NCBI RefSeq assembly: GCF_001194135.2
Contig: NC_068983.1
Span: 73,492,851 to 73,549,550, forward strand
From: Octopus bimaculoides
Taxonomy: Eukaryota
Length of the DNA: 56,700 bases
Direction: 5' to 3'
This document shows, piece by piece, positions 36,659 to 49,132 of the stretch. The notes below the pieces were generated by a model. That model worked only from the letters and a program-made list of their open reading frames with translations. It had not been told where the DNA came from and did not search any database. The translations under genes were made by a program, and so were the position numbers. Each line of letters starts with the position of its first letter. The first letter of the stretch is position 1.

Positions 36659-36871
36659 CCACCACCAAGACCACCACCACCACCACCACCACCACCACCA
36701 CCACCACCACCACCATCATCATCATTATTATTATCATCACCTTCACCGCCTCCACCATCACCGTCATCGTCGTCGTTACCATCATCATCATCATCATCAC
36801 TATTCTCTTCCTCCTTCTCTCCCTCTTCCCCCACCTCCTCCTTTCCTTCCTCTCCCTCATCATCATCATCG

Positions 36872-36902
<31 letters not shown>

Positions 36903-36940
36903 TATCATCATCATAATCATCATCATCATCATCATCACTG

Positions 36941-36973
<33 letters not shown>

Positions 36974-36976
36974 CTG

Positions 36977-37054
<78 letters not shown>

Positions 37055-37057
37055 TCG

Positions 37058-37089
<32 letters not shown>

Positions 37090-37527
37090 GTCATCATCAA
37101 TGTTGTCTTTCTGTTAGTGAATTCGCCCTTGTAATAATGTCCCCACCCCCTGCAGCTCATCTGTTGGCCCAGTGGCAAAAAACGCTGTTGTTACTGTTTT
37201 TGTTTTGTTTTGGCTTTTTTGTTGTTCGTTATGTTGCTGTTCTTGTTATATTTGTCGTCGGAATGGTTGTTGATAATAATTGTCTTGCACACAGCAATAG
37301 ACAAAAACGAACAACGGCCACAAAGGTAAAAGAAGTAGCAGCAGCAGCAGTATTAGTAATAGTAGTAGTAGTGGTAGTAGTAGTAATAGTGGTAGTAGTA
37401 GTAGTAGTAGCAGCAGCAGCGGCAGTAGCAGCAGCAGCAGTAGTAGTAGTAGTAGTAGTAGCAGTAGCAGCAATAGTAGTAGTAGTAGTAGTAGTAGTAG
37501 TGGCAGCGGTAGTAGCAGCAGCAGCAA

Positions 37528-37565
<38 letters not shown>

Positions 37566-37637
37566 ATCCCTTCTAGTACAGGTTATAATGATGATGATGA
37601 TGATGATGACGACGACGACGACGATTATGATGATAAT
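36596..37637. repeat. Long trinucleotide complex: (CAT)n, (CAC)n, (CGT)n, (GTA)n, (GCA)n, (GAT)n
   Basis: Directly visible; source of the 385-aa poly-His ORF. Confidence 0.93.
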
Positions 37638-38170
37638 AACAATGTGGCAAGAATGATCCATTGGGAGCTTTGTGGAAAGTATGGCCTAGAAAGATCAAAA
37701 AACGTAGTATGACTAAATCGCAGAAGGAGGATTGCAAAATCCTGTGCAATGATTCAGTCTGACCATCAGATTAAACGTCGAAGACCCGATATTGTTGTAG
37801 TAAACAGGAAAAATAAAGATGTCTGATAATCGACATAGCATTTCCTGGTGACAAGAGGATTGAAGAGAAAGAAAAAAATTGGAACAACTATAATGAACTG
37901 AAGTGGGAAATATGCAGGATGTGGGCAATGAAGAAAGCGGATGTGATACCAATAGAGATTGGTACGTTTGGAATTATCAGTACCCAACTACCAAAATGGT
38001 ATATAAAAAAAAAAATTGATCGAATGTGAACATAAACATCTACAAAAATCATCATTACTTGGAACTGCAAGAGTCCACAGCAGGGTTCTCGAGGCATGGT
38101 CAGTAAACAAGTGTTATTTAGTCTGCTCGCTGTGAGCAGCTGACACTTACCAAGCAAAATAAGCTGAGAT
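37638..38170 (+). mobile_element. R4/Dong-type LINE 3' fragment, family C (REL endonuclease)
   Basis: NNVARMIHWELCGKYGLERSK...DHQIKRRRPDIVVVN...IIDIAFPGDKRIEEKE...LQKSSLLGTARV; preceded by (GAT)n and followed by (TAA)/(TGA)n. Confidence 0.88.
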
Positions 38171-38214
38171 ATTTCATAATAATAATGATAATAATGATGA
38201 TGATGATGATGATA

Positions 38215-38267
<53 letters not shown>

Positions 38268-38289
38268 AATACGACTGCAAGAAAAGACT

Positions 38290-38710
38290 AAGCTTACGTA
38301 TGAGGAACGTCTCCAACGGCTGACATTACCTTCACTCGAACGACGAAGAATGCGGGGAGATCTCATCCTGGCCTTCAACATCTTCAACGGGAACGTAAGC
38401 CTACAATTTGCGGAGTTTTTTCATCCCTGCACCGGATAGAGGTCTTCGTGGGCATGATCGCAAACTCTATCCCCGACACTTTCTACTCAACAGGCGGAAA
38501 GCCGCATTCTCCGTCCGTATCGCAGCCCCGTAGAACAAGCTACCACAAGATGTCATTCAACTGCACACCACTCCCCCGTTCAAAGAGGCTCTGGACAACT
38601 GTGGCGATTATGTATAAAACTGTTTATAACAATAACTTTTTTTGTCTTTTTACATGGCTTAAGCACATTGTGCTCTTCTCCTGCCAATAAATTTGATTTG
38701 ATTTGATTTG
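38290..38710 (+). mobile_element. CR1/L2-type LINE 3' end with (ATTTG)n tail
   Basis: LTYEERLQRLTLPSLERRRMRGDLILAFNIFNG, then GLRGHDRKL...RRKAAFSVRI...NKLPQDV; (ATTTG)4 at 38691-38710. Confidence 0.88.
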
Positions 38711-40560
38711 ACCTACCAATCTGGGCATGGCGTGGATCAATTATAAGAAAGCGTATGACATGGTCCCCATTCCTGGAGTTAAAAAAGTCTTGAATTGGTA
38801 CAGGTGTCTGACAGCATATCAAATTTTGTTAGAGAATCAACGAAAAACTGGAATACAGAGTTAACTGGAAAATTTTTGGCGATGGCTAACATCAAGAGAG
38901 TCATATTTTAAGGAGATAGCCTATCACCATTGTTGTTTGTGATTTGTATGTTACCCCTCAAACAAATATTACGGAAAGTGACATCGAAGTACCCCTTGAA
39001 AAGTGGAGGAAAATTGAATCATCTATTATATATGGATGACTTAAAGATCTTTGGGAAGACCGAATGTAAAATAAATGGTCTGGTTTCGACAGTGCAGGTA
39101 TTCAGTAAGTATATCGGAATGGAATTTGGGATTAAGAAATATGGTATGGTTATAATACAAAGATGCAAAATAGTGTCGTCTGATTTATGTAGAGCTACCA
39201 AATGACGAGAAAATCAAGGATATTGAGACTAATGGATATAAATATCTGGCGATATTTATAAAGAAAGTGAAATGAAGAAACGCTTTAGGCGAGAATATCT
39301 CAGAAGAACCAAATTGTGGGAAATAGGCTCAATAGAAAAAAACAAGATCAAGGCAATGAACACATGGTCTGTTTCAATAATGCGTTATGGCGCAGGTGTA
39401 GTTAGGTGGACAAAGAACGACCTTGAGGAAATGAACAGGAAAGACAGAAAAGTGATGACAATTTACAAGGAACTAAACCGCAAAAGCGATACTGATAGAC
39501 TGTATGTGCCTAGGAACAGGGACGGAAGAGGTCTCATAGGCTGCAAGGTCTGTGTTGTCAGCGAGAAGAACAGTCTGGGATGGTACAGCAAACAGCAGAG
39601 TGAACCTTTGCTTGCCGCTGTTAGAATTATCAATACAATACCTAGCGAAAATGTGACGCACCCACAAACATTTAAGAAACAAGATGAAGAAGAACGAGTA
39701 AACAATTGGAAAACGAAATCAATGTATGGACAATACTTCAGAGAAATCGAAAGAAAAGACAAGATCAACATATGGAGATGGCTGAGAAGAGGGGATCTGA
39801 AAAGATACACACAGGCATTGATATTCAGCGCTTAAGAACAAACTCTGAGAACTAATTACACCAATTTCCAAATAGATAAGAGTTGCGAATCGCTCCTTTG
39901 TAGGATGTTTGGCAGCAGAAACGAAACAATCTCACAAATTGTGAGTGAGTGTAGTAAGCTGGCCTAAACGCACTATAAAAAGGGGCACAGTAACATGGCT
40001 AAGTTTGTGCACTGGAGGGTATGTGAAAAGTACGGCCTGGATAGAGCACGGAAATGGTACGAACATGAACCAGGAGTCACCGAGAACAAGGAATATAAGA
40101 TACTGTGGGATTTTACAATCCAGTGTAACTCCCTAATCAGTGCTCGGAGACCAGATATTGTTGTGGTAGATTATAGATATTACAATACTTGGGGATGCAC
40201 GCATAAGTGACAAAGAACTAGAAAAGTTTGACGAATACAGACTATTAAGAGACGAAATAGTAAGAATGTAGACTATGAGGAGAGTGTCTGTCATTCCAGT
40301 AATTGTAGGGACACTCGGATCACTGACAACCAAGTCAGAGAAATATGTCAGAGAAATCAGAATGTACATGAGAGCAGAGCAAGCCCCAAAAAACTGTTGT
40401 GCTGGGGGACAGCTAGAATTTTGAGATTGGTACTTGAATGTTGAATATTTCACACGATAATTAACAGCCAAGTATCAAAGCTTACAATGTGCAGGCTGCT
40501 GTCCGCTCTCACAGAATCTGCCAGAACAAACAAGACCGAGCGTTCTGAGAAGTAAAGCAG
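38711..40560 (+). mobile_element. R4/Dong-type LINE, 5'-truncated: RT, zinc knuckle and REL pseudogene (family C-like)
   Basis: TNLGMAWINYKKAYDMVP, GDSLSPLLFVICMLPL, NHLLYMDDLKIF (YMDD at 39029-39040), DRLYVPRNRDGRGL, ETISQIVSEC, VHWRVCEKYGL and KILWDFTIQ...RRPDIVVVD. Multiple stops and frameshifts; ends in (TAA)n. Confidence 0.93.
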
Positions 40561-40577
40561 CAGCAATAATAATAATG

Positions 40578-40630
<53 letters not shown>

Positions 40631-40701
40631 CTAAAAACAGAAACAATTCCTATCATAGTAGGTGCCTTAGGTATAATAAAATAATATTCAGACAAATACA
40701 T
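40631..40701 (+). mobile_element. R4/Dong family B fragment, copy 2, truncated by a gap
   Basis: CTAAAAACAGAAACAATTCCTATCATAGTAGGTGCCTTAGGTATAAT is identical to the 17.7-kb copy; preceded by (TAA)n. Confidence 0.85.
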
Positions 40702-41372
40702 NNNNNNNNNNNNNNNNNNNNNNNNNNNNNNNNNNNNNNNNNNNNNNNNNNNNNNNNNNNNNNNNNNNNNNNNNNNNNNNNNNNNNNNNNNNNNNNNNNN
40801 NNNNNNNNNNNNNNNNNNNNNNNNNNNNNNNNNNNNNNNNNNNNNNNNNNNNNNNNNNNNNNNNNNNNNNNNNNNNNNNNNNNNNNNNNNNNNNNNNNNN
40901 NNNNNNNNNNNNNNNNNNNNNNNNNNNNNNNNNNNNNNNNNNNNNNNNNNNNNNNNNNNNNNNNNNNNNNNNNNNNNNNNNNNNNNNNNNNNNNNNNNNN
41001 NNNNNNNNNNNNNNNNNNNNNNNNNNNNNNNNNNNNNNNNNNNNNNNNNNNNNNNNNNNNNNNNNNNNNNNNNNNNNNNNNNNNNNNNNNNNNNNNNNNN
41101 NNNNNNNNNNNNNNNNNNNNNNNNNNNNNNNNNNNNNNNNNNNNNNNNNNNNNNNNNNNNNNNNNNNNNNNNNNNNNNNNNNNNNNNNNNNNNNNNNNNN
41201 NNNNNNNNNNNNNNNNNNNNNNNNNNNNNNNNNNNNNNNNNNNNNNNNNNNNNNNNNNNNNNNNNNNNNNNNNNNNNNNNNNNNNNNNNNNNNNNNNNNN
41301 NNNNNNNNNNNNNNNNNNNNNNNNNNNNNNNNNNNNNNNNNNNNNNNNNNNNNNNNNNNNNNNNNNNNNNNN

Positions 41373-41631
41373 TGCTCAACTTCCTTAAACAAACCTTATT
41401 CAGGGTCCTTTTGAGTGGGATGGGCTACTCGACCTGAAGAAAATTCTAATTGGGCCCCACCTGCAAGGTCATGCGCTGTTTATCTTGATATGAGATCACC
41501 ATGTCGCGCACATATGGTTGTGATGCATGTGCCTGGTGTACCCTTATCAGACGGGTAGTCGTGATGGGTATACTGGGCTTCGTATATTCTACCCCAGTGT
41601 CACTTTGATGGCATGCGCTGCTCTCTCACTC
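41373..41631 (+). mobile_element. Non-coding interspersed repeat ending in (AAT)n, partial copy
   Basis: Reverse complement aligns to 42277-42535; 5' part lost in a gap. Confidence 0.8.
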
Positions 41632-41652
41632 AATAATAATAATAATAATGAT

Positions 41653-41816
41653 AAAAATATTCAGACAAATACATAACAAAAACACCAGGAATAACAAGTA
41701 TATACAGCCTACAGAAAATAGCACTATTAGGCACTGCACACATTCTACGTAAAACACTTTCAATACAGTAAAAATAAGAACATCACAACAAACAACAGCA
41801 CACACCCAAGGCACAC
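41653..41816 (+). mobile_element. R4/Dong family B fragment, copy 3
   Basis: TTCAGACAAATACATAACAAAAACACCAGG...GCACTGCACACATTCTACGTAAAACACTTTCAATACAGTAA matches 17755-17870; preceded by (TAA)n. Confidence 0.85.
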
Positions 41817-41889
41817 ATGATGATGATTTTGGTTTTAAACTGTCGTTATCATCATTGTTGGTTTTTTTATATTATCGTAAATAAAACAA

Positions 41890-41962
<73 letters not shown>

Positions 41963-42151
41963 GCCAGTGAAGGATCTTCTATGTGCTCTCTCAATCTACA
42001 AGAAATAGAAGCAAAATTTCTATCACATCACATCGCCATTGTCTTTAAAATATGTGGGACCACACATGGAATAATGTTCTCGGTAGGAATATGTAATCGT
42101 AGACCTACTCGAAGAAGTTTGACCTCGGGTAAAACAACATAAACAACAGGA

Positions 42152-42216
<65 letters not shown>

Positions 42217-42276
42217 AGCTGCTGCTGATGATGACGGCGATGAATATAGTGACAATGATGTTTCTTCTGTCTTATC

Positions 42277-42833
42277 TGAATGGATTAGCAGTGCATACCA
42301 TCAAAATGACACTGGGATAAAATATACGAAGCCCAGTATACCCATCATGACTACCTGTCTGATAAGGGTACACCAGGCACATGCATCACAACCATATGTG
42401 CGTAACATGGTGGTCTCATATCAAGATAAACAGTGCATGACCTTGCAGGTGGGGCCCAGTTAGAATTTTCTTCAGGTTGAATAGCCCATCCCACTCAAAA
42501 GGTCCCCGAATAAGGTTTGTTTAATGATGTTAAAAGAAACATCCATGTTTTCAAAGGTGAATTATCCAAACCCCAAAGAATTCCTCTCAACACATGGCTG
42601 TGATGCTCCCCCACTACTTCTGCTCGTGATCAGAGATGCACATTTCTCCAGTCACTAAGGGACATGCTCAACTGGTTAAGATCAAACAACTGACAAGCAA
42701 ATCTGTGGTATTGAGCAGAATATTTGCTGTAGGCCATTTTTTATATCAAGACAAAACAATGTACATGATAACACTTCCAATCAGTTAAGATCAGAAACCA
42801 TGAGAGCTACTGCCTGGTACTGCATCAGGGCAT
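42277..42833 (-). mobile_element. ~560-bp non-coding interspersed repeat, inverted relative to 41373-41631
   Basis: Shares GAAGCCCAGTATACCCATC...GATAAGGGTACACCAGGCACATGCATCACAACCATATGTGCG...CCTTGCAGGTGGGGCCC with the other copy; bounded by (TTA)n at 42834. Confidence 0.8.
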
Positions 42834-42870
42834 TTATTATTATTATTATTATTGTAGTTATTGTTGTTGG

Positions 42871-42938
<68 letters not shown>

Positions 42939-42942
42939 GTAT

Positions 42943-43158
42943 TAAGGCGGCGAGCTGGCAGAACTGTTAGCACGCTGGACAAAATGTTTCGTGGCATTTC
43001 GTCTGTCCTTACGTTCTGAGTTCAAATTCCGCCGAGGTCGGCTTTACCTTCCATCCTTTCGGGGTCGATAAAATAGGTACCACTTGAGTACTAGGGTCGA
43101 TGTAATCGACTATCTTCGTTCCTCATATTTCAAGCCTTGTGCCTATAGTAGAAACGAT
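42943..43158 (+). mobile_element. tRNA-derived SINE, family S1, full length
   Basis: TAAGGCGGCGAGCTGGCAGAA head, GAGTTCAAATTCC B box and complete body. Confidence 0.88.
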
Positions 43159-44059
43159 TATTATTGTTGTTGTTGTTGCTGTCTTGTACAGACTAAACAC
43201 TCGTCATATTACTAGTTTGAGTACTTATTTGATTGCAGTGTCAAAAGTTATTGTTGAAATTTTGTTATATAACATTTATTAAGGTCACCAAAACCATACA
43301 AAGCTGGTTCGTTTGTTTATTTTTCGTCCCTTTTGGCTACAAATTTGAAAAGAAAATTTCAAATTTTGTCTTGTAAAAGTATTAAAAAAAAACATGGTGA
43401 TGGTTGTTATAGCCAGTGAAATGGAAACAAAAGTGAGAGAAAACTCCGGCACGCTTCAGAGTCCCTCGCCCTTACCTGCATGTGGAATGAGACAAGAACA
43501 CACTTCAAGTCCAAAGAACTGCACCACTACTACTACTACGGCAAGTAGCAGTAGCAGTAACATCGACAACGTTCACAAAAGCACCAGCAGTAATACAAGC
43601 AAAGACGGAATTCTACTCATGGAAGGGAAGGGAAAATATCGTCATTGAGAATTTAAAGTTCAACCGATATGGCAACAAACGAACGTACCGGTAAAAGCAA
43701 CATTAGCAAAGAATTACCCTAGCAGCAGCGACAACAGCAGCAATGGCAGTGGCAACAATAACACTAGCGACAACAGCAGCAGCAGCAGTAGGGACATCGG
43801 CTCTTGTAGCAGAAGCGGTAGAAAGGGCAATAGCAACAGCAGTAACAACATAACCGGCAGCAACAACAGCAACAAGGCTTCTTTCACTGACATGGATGCT
43901 AGTTGGGTCCATACGACCCTTATGGGCCCATAGAAGATTTTGTTGTTAAAATTTATGTATAATAAACTGGTTATAATCCTACAACACACAAGATATTTTA
44001 ACTATCATTTATATAATTCCTGATATTATTTAATTATAAAAAGTATTCCTTTAAATGTT

Positions 44060-45660
44060 TCAGTCAGGATTTTTTTAAACAACGAATATCTATGAGGGTC
44101 CACCCGAGGAAACCACTGCCATAAACGATCTTTCACTTGATAAAGTTTCATAGTAGGTAGATGCTACTAGATTTCGAAAAACTGAGGGGAAAAGGACAGA
44201 GCTACCCCTCTCCTGAAACTCTAGCTGTAGCTTCTAGAAAAACGGTCATTCATAGATGATTCAGTGTTGAAACACCTCGACTAGAGAAGCGTTCGGCCAT
44301 ATATTTACGGCAAGGCAGCTCGACCAAATTGAAGTCTTATTATTTAAGATAGAGGCTCTCGCGCTACAGTACTCATTAGTCGCCTTCTGTAGCAAGGGTT
44401 TCGTCGTCTCCTTATTTATTCGGGAAGATGAGTGGTAAAGATCAAAATAAGGGGGGTCCCACCAGGTTTAGTTCTCTGGTGGGTCCTAAGATGCATAGTA
44501 GTGGAGGGCAGTGATATTCTCCTGAATGTTAAGAAGACAAGGTGGGAGGACTGGATTGGGAGTACACTAGAGGTCCTTCTCTTGACAAGCTGGAGAAGAT
44601 CCCTGGCCTTATCTCCTTCTTGAATGGAACAGAACTGCAAGTAATTGTGGAGGGCAGACGACAGAAATACCACATCTGTGGAACAATTGATGACCTACGA
44701 ATGTTTTACCCAAAGAACCAAAACAGGAGAGGAGAAAGGAAAGCCTCATTGCTTCCGATATAATTGCTGCTGCTAGAACAACAGCAACAACTACAACACC
44801 AGCAGCAGCGGCGGCAACAACAATAAGAGTGCGAAACAACAGAAGCAGTACCAACTGTAGCAGAAAAGGAAAACAAAGGAGGCGAAATAACACAATCTAC
44901 ACTAGCATCATCAGTAACAGCAGCAACAACTGCAACATTGACAACATCAACAATTGAGGTTGAAACTGTGGAAACAGTAACAGGACTGACACCAACAATA
45001 TCAACATCAATTCCGTCTGCAATAGAACTAAGGTGAAAGAGTTTATTGACAATAAAACAAATAGTCTCCACCCGGGGGATATCCTAAACCTATATTCACT
45101 CTCTTCTTGCCCCTGATCATCCTACATACACAAACACAGACATAGGCAGAATAGAAAACATAGCCCTACACCTCTTCGAGGCACAGACGTCACCCCATAC
45201 GTCAGGTGATGAGGAGGAAGGCGAAAGGAACGGAAAAGAAAGGAGAAGAATCAAAAAGAAAAGAAAGAAAATACAAAACAACATCAATTCAACATCGGCC
45301 TCAAACAACGTTAAATCTTCAATAACAAATGCACCATCATCACCACCACCTCCACTAACAACAACAAAAGATATACAAACGAAACAACAATGGAAAACCA
45401 AATACACAAATTCAGCAACAAGTAGAACGATATCAGCATTAACTAAATGCACAACCTCATCCACAATAACAGCAAATGGCACCTATGTCTTACTTTGCGT
45501 CGGCAAGAAACAATAATGAACTGCTCTCCTACAATGTACAAAGAGAAGGCACATAGACAAAAGGGGGTGTTAAAAAAACACAATTAATATCCCGGAAGAC
45601 CTGAAACTAGTTAGACTACCAATAAAGTATTACAGGGAAAGGAAAGAGAGAGAGAGGGGG

Positions 45661-45728
<68 letters not shown>

Positions 45729-47250
45729 TGAGAGAAGGAGAGATTTGGGAACCCAAGCGTTATGGCATCGAATAATCTACTTTAGATTTCCCCAAAAAAC
45801 TCCATACACAAAAGAGATTTTGACACACCCGAGTACCTACAGGAAAACCTTTAGTATAGGTGACCCCGTTCTTTTTCCCTCTCCTCTAACCAGCATGGGG
45901 ACCTGAAGAGTGGGTAGCATAAATGCGCGTCACCTAGGGTCGCCTGCTCAATGACTTCAGGACGCTAGCTTTAGAGGCGATAGCCATCAGATCAGAATTT
46001 TCAGCTGACGATTTGTTGACGATTTTGAGATTTTCGCATCTTTCTTGATCTGGGATGTGGAGCGGTGCTGATTCGGAAAGGCCTGGGCCTCGAGATAGTG
46101 TCAATCTTTCTGGACACTGACAGTAACTTGGTCATCCTGGTCATGAACAATAGCGAGAAGTGGTGTATTTGCATTAGTCGCTGCGTATGCCCAGACTAGG
46201 GCGTAACAACAGGATTTTTTCAGGTATCTGAAAGTTTTCCTAGGAACGTCCCACTCTTTAGGGTTAGGGTTAGTGGACGCCTGGAACTCCATCTTGGATG
46301 CACGCCTGAATTGCAGGGTTATCTGATTAGAGTGTAAAAACCTCGCCAACTTGCTTAGTCATTTCCTACTGATTGGATTTTCCAAATGTGCCAATGTGGT
46401 CATGAGAAAACGGCATCGGATCTATCCAGATAGAGTATTCTATAGCCCAGTAGATAAGAGTAGCATAGATTGTCCACAATTCAAAACAGTTGGCTATACA
46501 TACTACAAATCTTTGATCTGTACGGTCGACTTGGATAAGTTGCATAGACAGGGACAGATTACTGCAAACTGAATGCAACTTTCCCGGCGCTTACAGAGAA
46601 CAGATTAGCTGATTAGTTAAGAAGATGATGGAGGGTGTTCTGCGCGTATTCGTCCAGTACTGGAGCATTACCCACTCGCGAATTTATGTCGAACACCTGC
46701 TGTAGTGTGTAGAACGACTATCAGCTGAGTCCATTATGAAGATCGTCCCGCCATCTTGCTTTCGACAAGAAGGACAAACAATGTTTATGTGTCATGTAGC
46801 CTTAGTGAAAGAAGTTGTGCTGGACTAGACCGAAAGGTACCTTCCTCTTTGGCCAAGTTTTCATCAACTCTTTTGAAGTTCCATTTGGAAAGGATAGTGG
46901 AGAAGTGAACTACTGCCTTCCAGCAAATTAGTTGAGAGGTGGGTGACTGTAGTAAGAATGGTCCGAGTGTACGAGCCTGCTCTGCATTTGAAAGAAGACG
47001 ACGAGACAAGGGCACTTGCCTTAGTGGTCACGTCGACCGAGGTTTTGTGGGATTTCTAAGAGCATCCTTTGGAAGTCTTCCCTCTTCGGGACAAATTTTT
47101 TTTCTTGTTCGAAATTTTTGCTTCATTATTTTTCTCATTTTAGCGCTTAAACGCCTTTATGTAACCCTGTCACATCATATTGTATTGTATCTTCTTGTAC
47201 CGTCTGTGGTCTTTGTATAAACCCTAAATGAGGAATAAAGAAATACTCTC
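44060..47250 (+). mobile_element. L1/Tx1-type LINE relic: ORF1, APE and ORF2 C-terminus, with RT deleted
   Basis: ORF1 pieces VKIKIRGVPP and VIVEGRRQKYHICGTIDDLRMFYP (decayed zinc knuckle) plus a Thr/Ser-rich tract. ORF2 from ATG 45895: RVGSINAR, LVAAYA, DAWNSILD, YPDRV, YCKLNA. Then immediately VLRVFVQY...LVERWVTVVRMVRV, a 3' UTR and AATAAA at 47234. Confidence 0.8.
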
Positions 47251-47280
47251 GTCCTCGTCATTAGTATTATCATTATTATA

Positions 47281-47486
47281 TAAGGCGGCGAGCTGGCAGA
47301 ATCATTAGCAAGCCGGGCAAAATACTGAGCGGTATTTCGTCCATCTTTATATTCTGAGTTCAAACCCCGCTGAAATCGACTTTGAATTTCATTTTTCGGG
47401 GTAGATAAAATAAATACCTGTTGAGTACCGGGATCGATATAACCTACTCCCTGAAATTACTGGCCTTGTACCAAAATTTGAAACTA
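47281..47486 (+). mobile_element. tRNA-derived SINE, family S1, full length
   Basis: TAAGGCGGCGAGCTGGCAGAATC head through GGCCTTGTACCAAAATTTGAAAC tail. Confidence 0.88.
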
Positions 47487-49077
47487 TTATTATTATCATC
47501 ATTATTATTATTACTACTATTATTATTATTATTATTATTTATGTGTCTTTATTAGTATTATTACTCTCGCCGGTTTACTTGATGCCAGTCCAACACAGTT
47601 TTTGTTTTTATTTTGCATTTTGTCCTTGTACAGCTCCTAACGTCTTGGGTTTCTGTGATCAGTAACCGAAATCATCATCATCATCATCTTCATCTTCGTC
47701 ATCATCATTGTTGTTGTCGTCGTCGTCGTCGTCGTCGTCGTCGTTGTTGTTATTATTTTCATGACCATTGCTTCTCGTCTGTCCGAAATCAAACGATAAA
47801 TCGGCAATAAACGAAATATTATTTCGTGAATATTTATTTCTATAGAGACGCATTATTTGCTGCTAAAGAGAAGACGGGCATTAAATTTGTATACATATAC
47901 ACAAATACTCAATTTCCTGTTTATAGATAAATGTATATTTCTATGTGCGAGCAAATACATTTCAAGTCANNNNNNNNNNNNNNNNNNNNNNNNNNNNNNN
48001 NNNNNNNNNNNNNNNNNNNNNNNNNNNNNNNNNNNNNNNNNNNNNNNNNNNNNNNNNNNNNNNNNNNNNNNNNNNNNNNNNNNNNNNNNNNNNNNNNNNN
48101 NNNNNNNNNNNNNNNNNNNNNNNNNNNNNNNNNNNNNNNNNNNNNNNNNNNNNNNNNNNNNNNNNNNNNNNNNNNNNNNNNNNNNNNNNNNNNNNNNNNN
48201 NNNNNNNNNNNNNNNNNNNNNNNNNNNNNNNNNNNNNNNNNNNNNNNNNNNNNNNNNNNNNNNNNNNNNNNNNNNNNNNNNNNNNNNNNNNNNNNNNNNN
48301 NNNNNNNNNNNNNNNNNNNNNNNNNNNNNNNNNNNNNNNNNNNNNNNNNNNNNNNNNNNNNNNNNNNNNNNNNNNNNNNNNNNNNNNNNNNNNNNNNNNN
48401 NNNNNNNNNNNNNNNNNNNNNNNNNNNNNNNNNNNNNNNNNNNNNNNNNNNNNNNNNNNNNNNNNNNNNNNNNNNNNNNNNNNNNNNNNNNNNNNNNNNN
48501 NNNNNNNNNNNNNNNNNNNNNNNNNNNNNNNNNNNNNNNNNNNNNNNNNNNNNNNNNNNNNNNNNNNNNNNNNNNNNNNNNNNNNNNNNNNNNNNNNNNN
48601 NNNNNNNNNNNNNNNNNNNNNNNNNNNNNNNNNNNNNNNNNNNNNNNNNNNNNNNNNNNNNNNNNNNNNNNNNNNNNNNNNNNNNNNNNNNNNNNNNNNN
48701 NNNNNNNNNNNNNNNNNNNNNNNNNNNNNNNNNNNNNNNNNNNNNNNNNNNNNNNNNNNNNNNNNNNNNNNNNNNNNNNNNNNNNNNNNNNNNNNNNNNN
48801 NNNNNNNNNNNNNNNNNNNNNNNNNNNNNNNNNNNNNNNNNNNNNNNNNNNNNNNNNNNNNNNNNNNNNNNNNNNNNNNNNNNNNNNNNNNNNNNNNNNN
48901 NNNNNNNNNNNNNNNNNNNNNNNNNNNNNNNNNNNNNNNNNNNNNNNNNNNNNNNNNNNNNNCACTCTATAGCGTTCACAAAATATAGCTAATCGAAATA
49001 TTGGAATTATGCTCATATGAATGATATACTCTTTACACTTTTTACTCTTTTACTATAGGCACAAGGCTTGAAATATA

Positions 49078-49132
<55 letters not shown>

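Noticed and set aside
36555-37712. 385-aa ORF with poly-His, poly-Arg, poly-Val and poly-Asp, ending in a retrotransposon peptide
   Set aside because: Trinucleotide repeats lack stops in this frame, and the last ~20 residues are the R4-like REL fragment. It is not a credible histidine-rich protein gene without expression data.
43394-43930. 84-aa Ser/Thr-rich ORF and an adjacent open Ser/Asn-rich frame
   Set aside because: Built on degenerate CAG/CAA/TAC repeats, with no recognisable domain or convincing splice sites.
46258-46275. TTAGGGTTAGGGTTAG as a telomerase-healing scar
   Set aside because: It lies in frame inside the APE relic where an SLVLVG-like coding sequence is expected; a small local slippage explains it.
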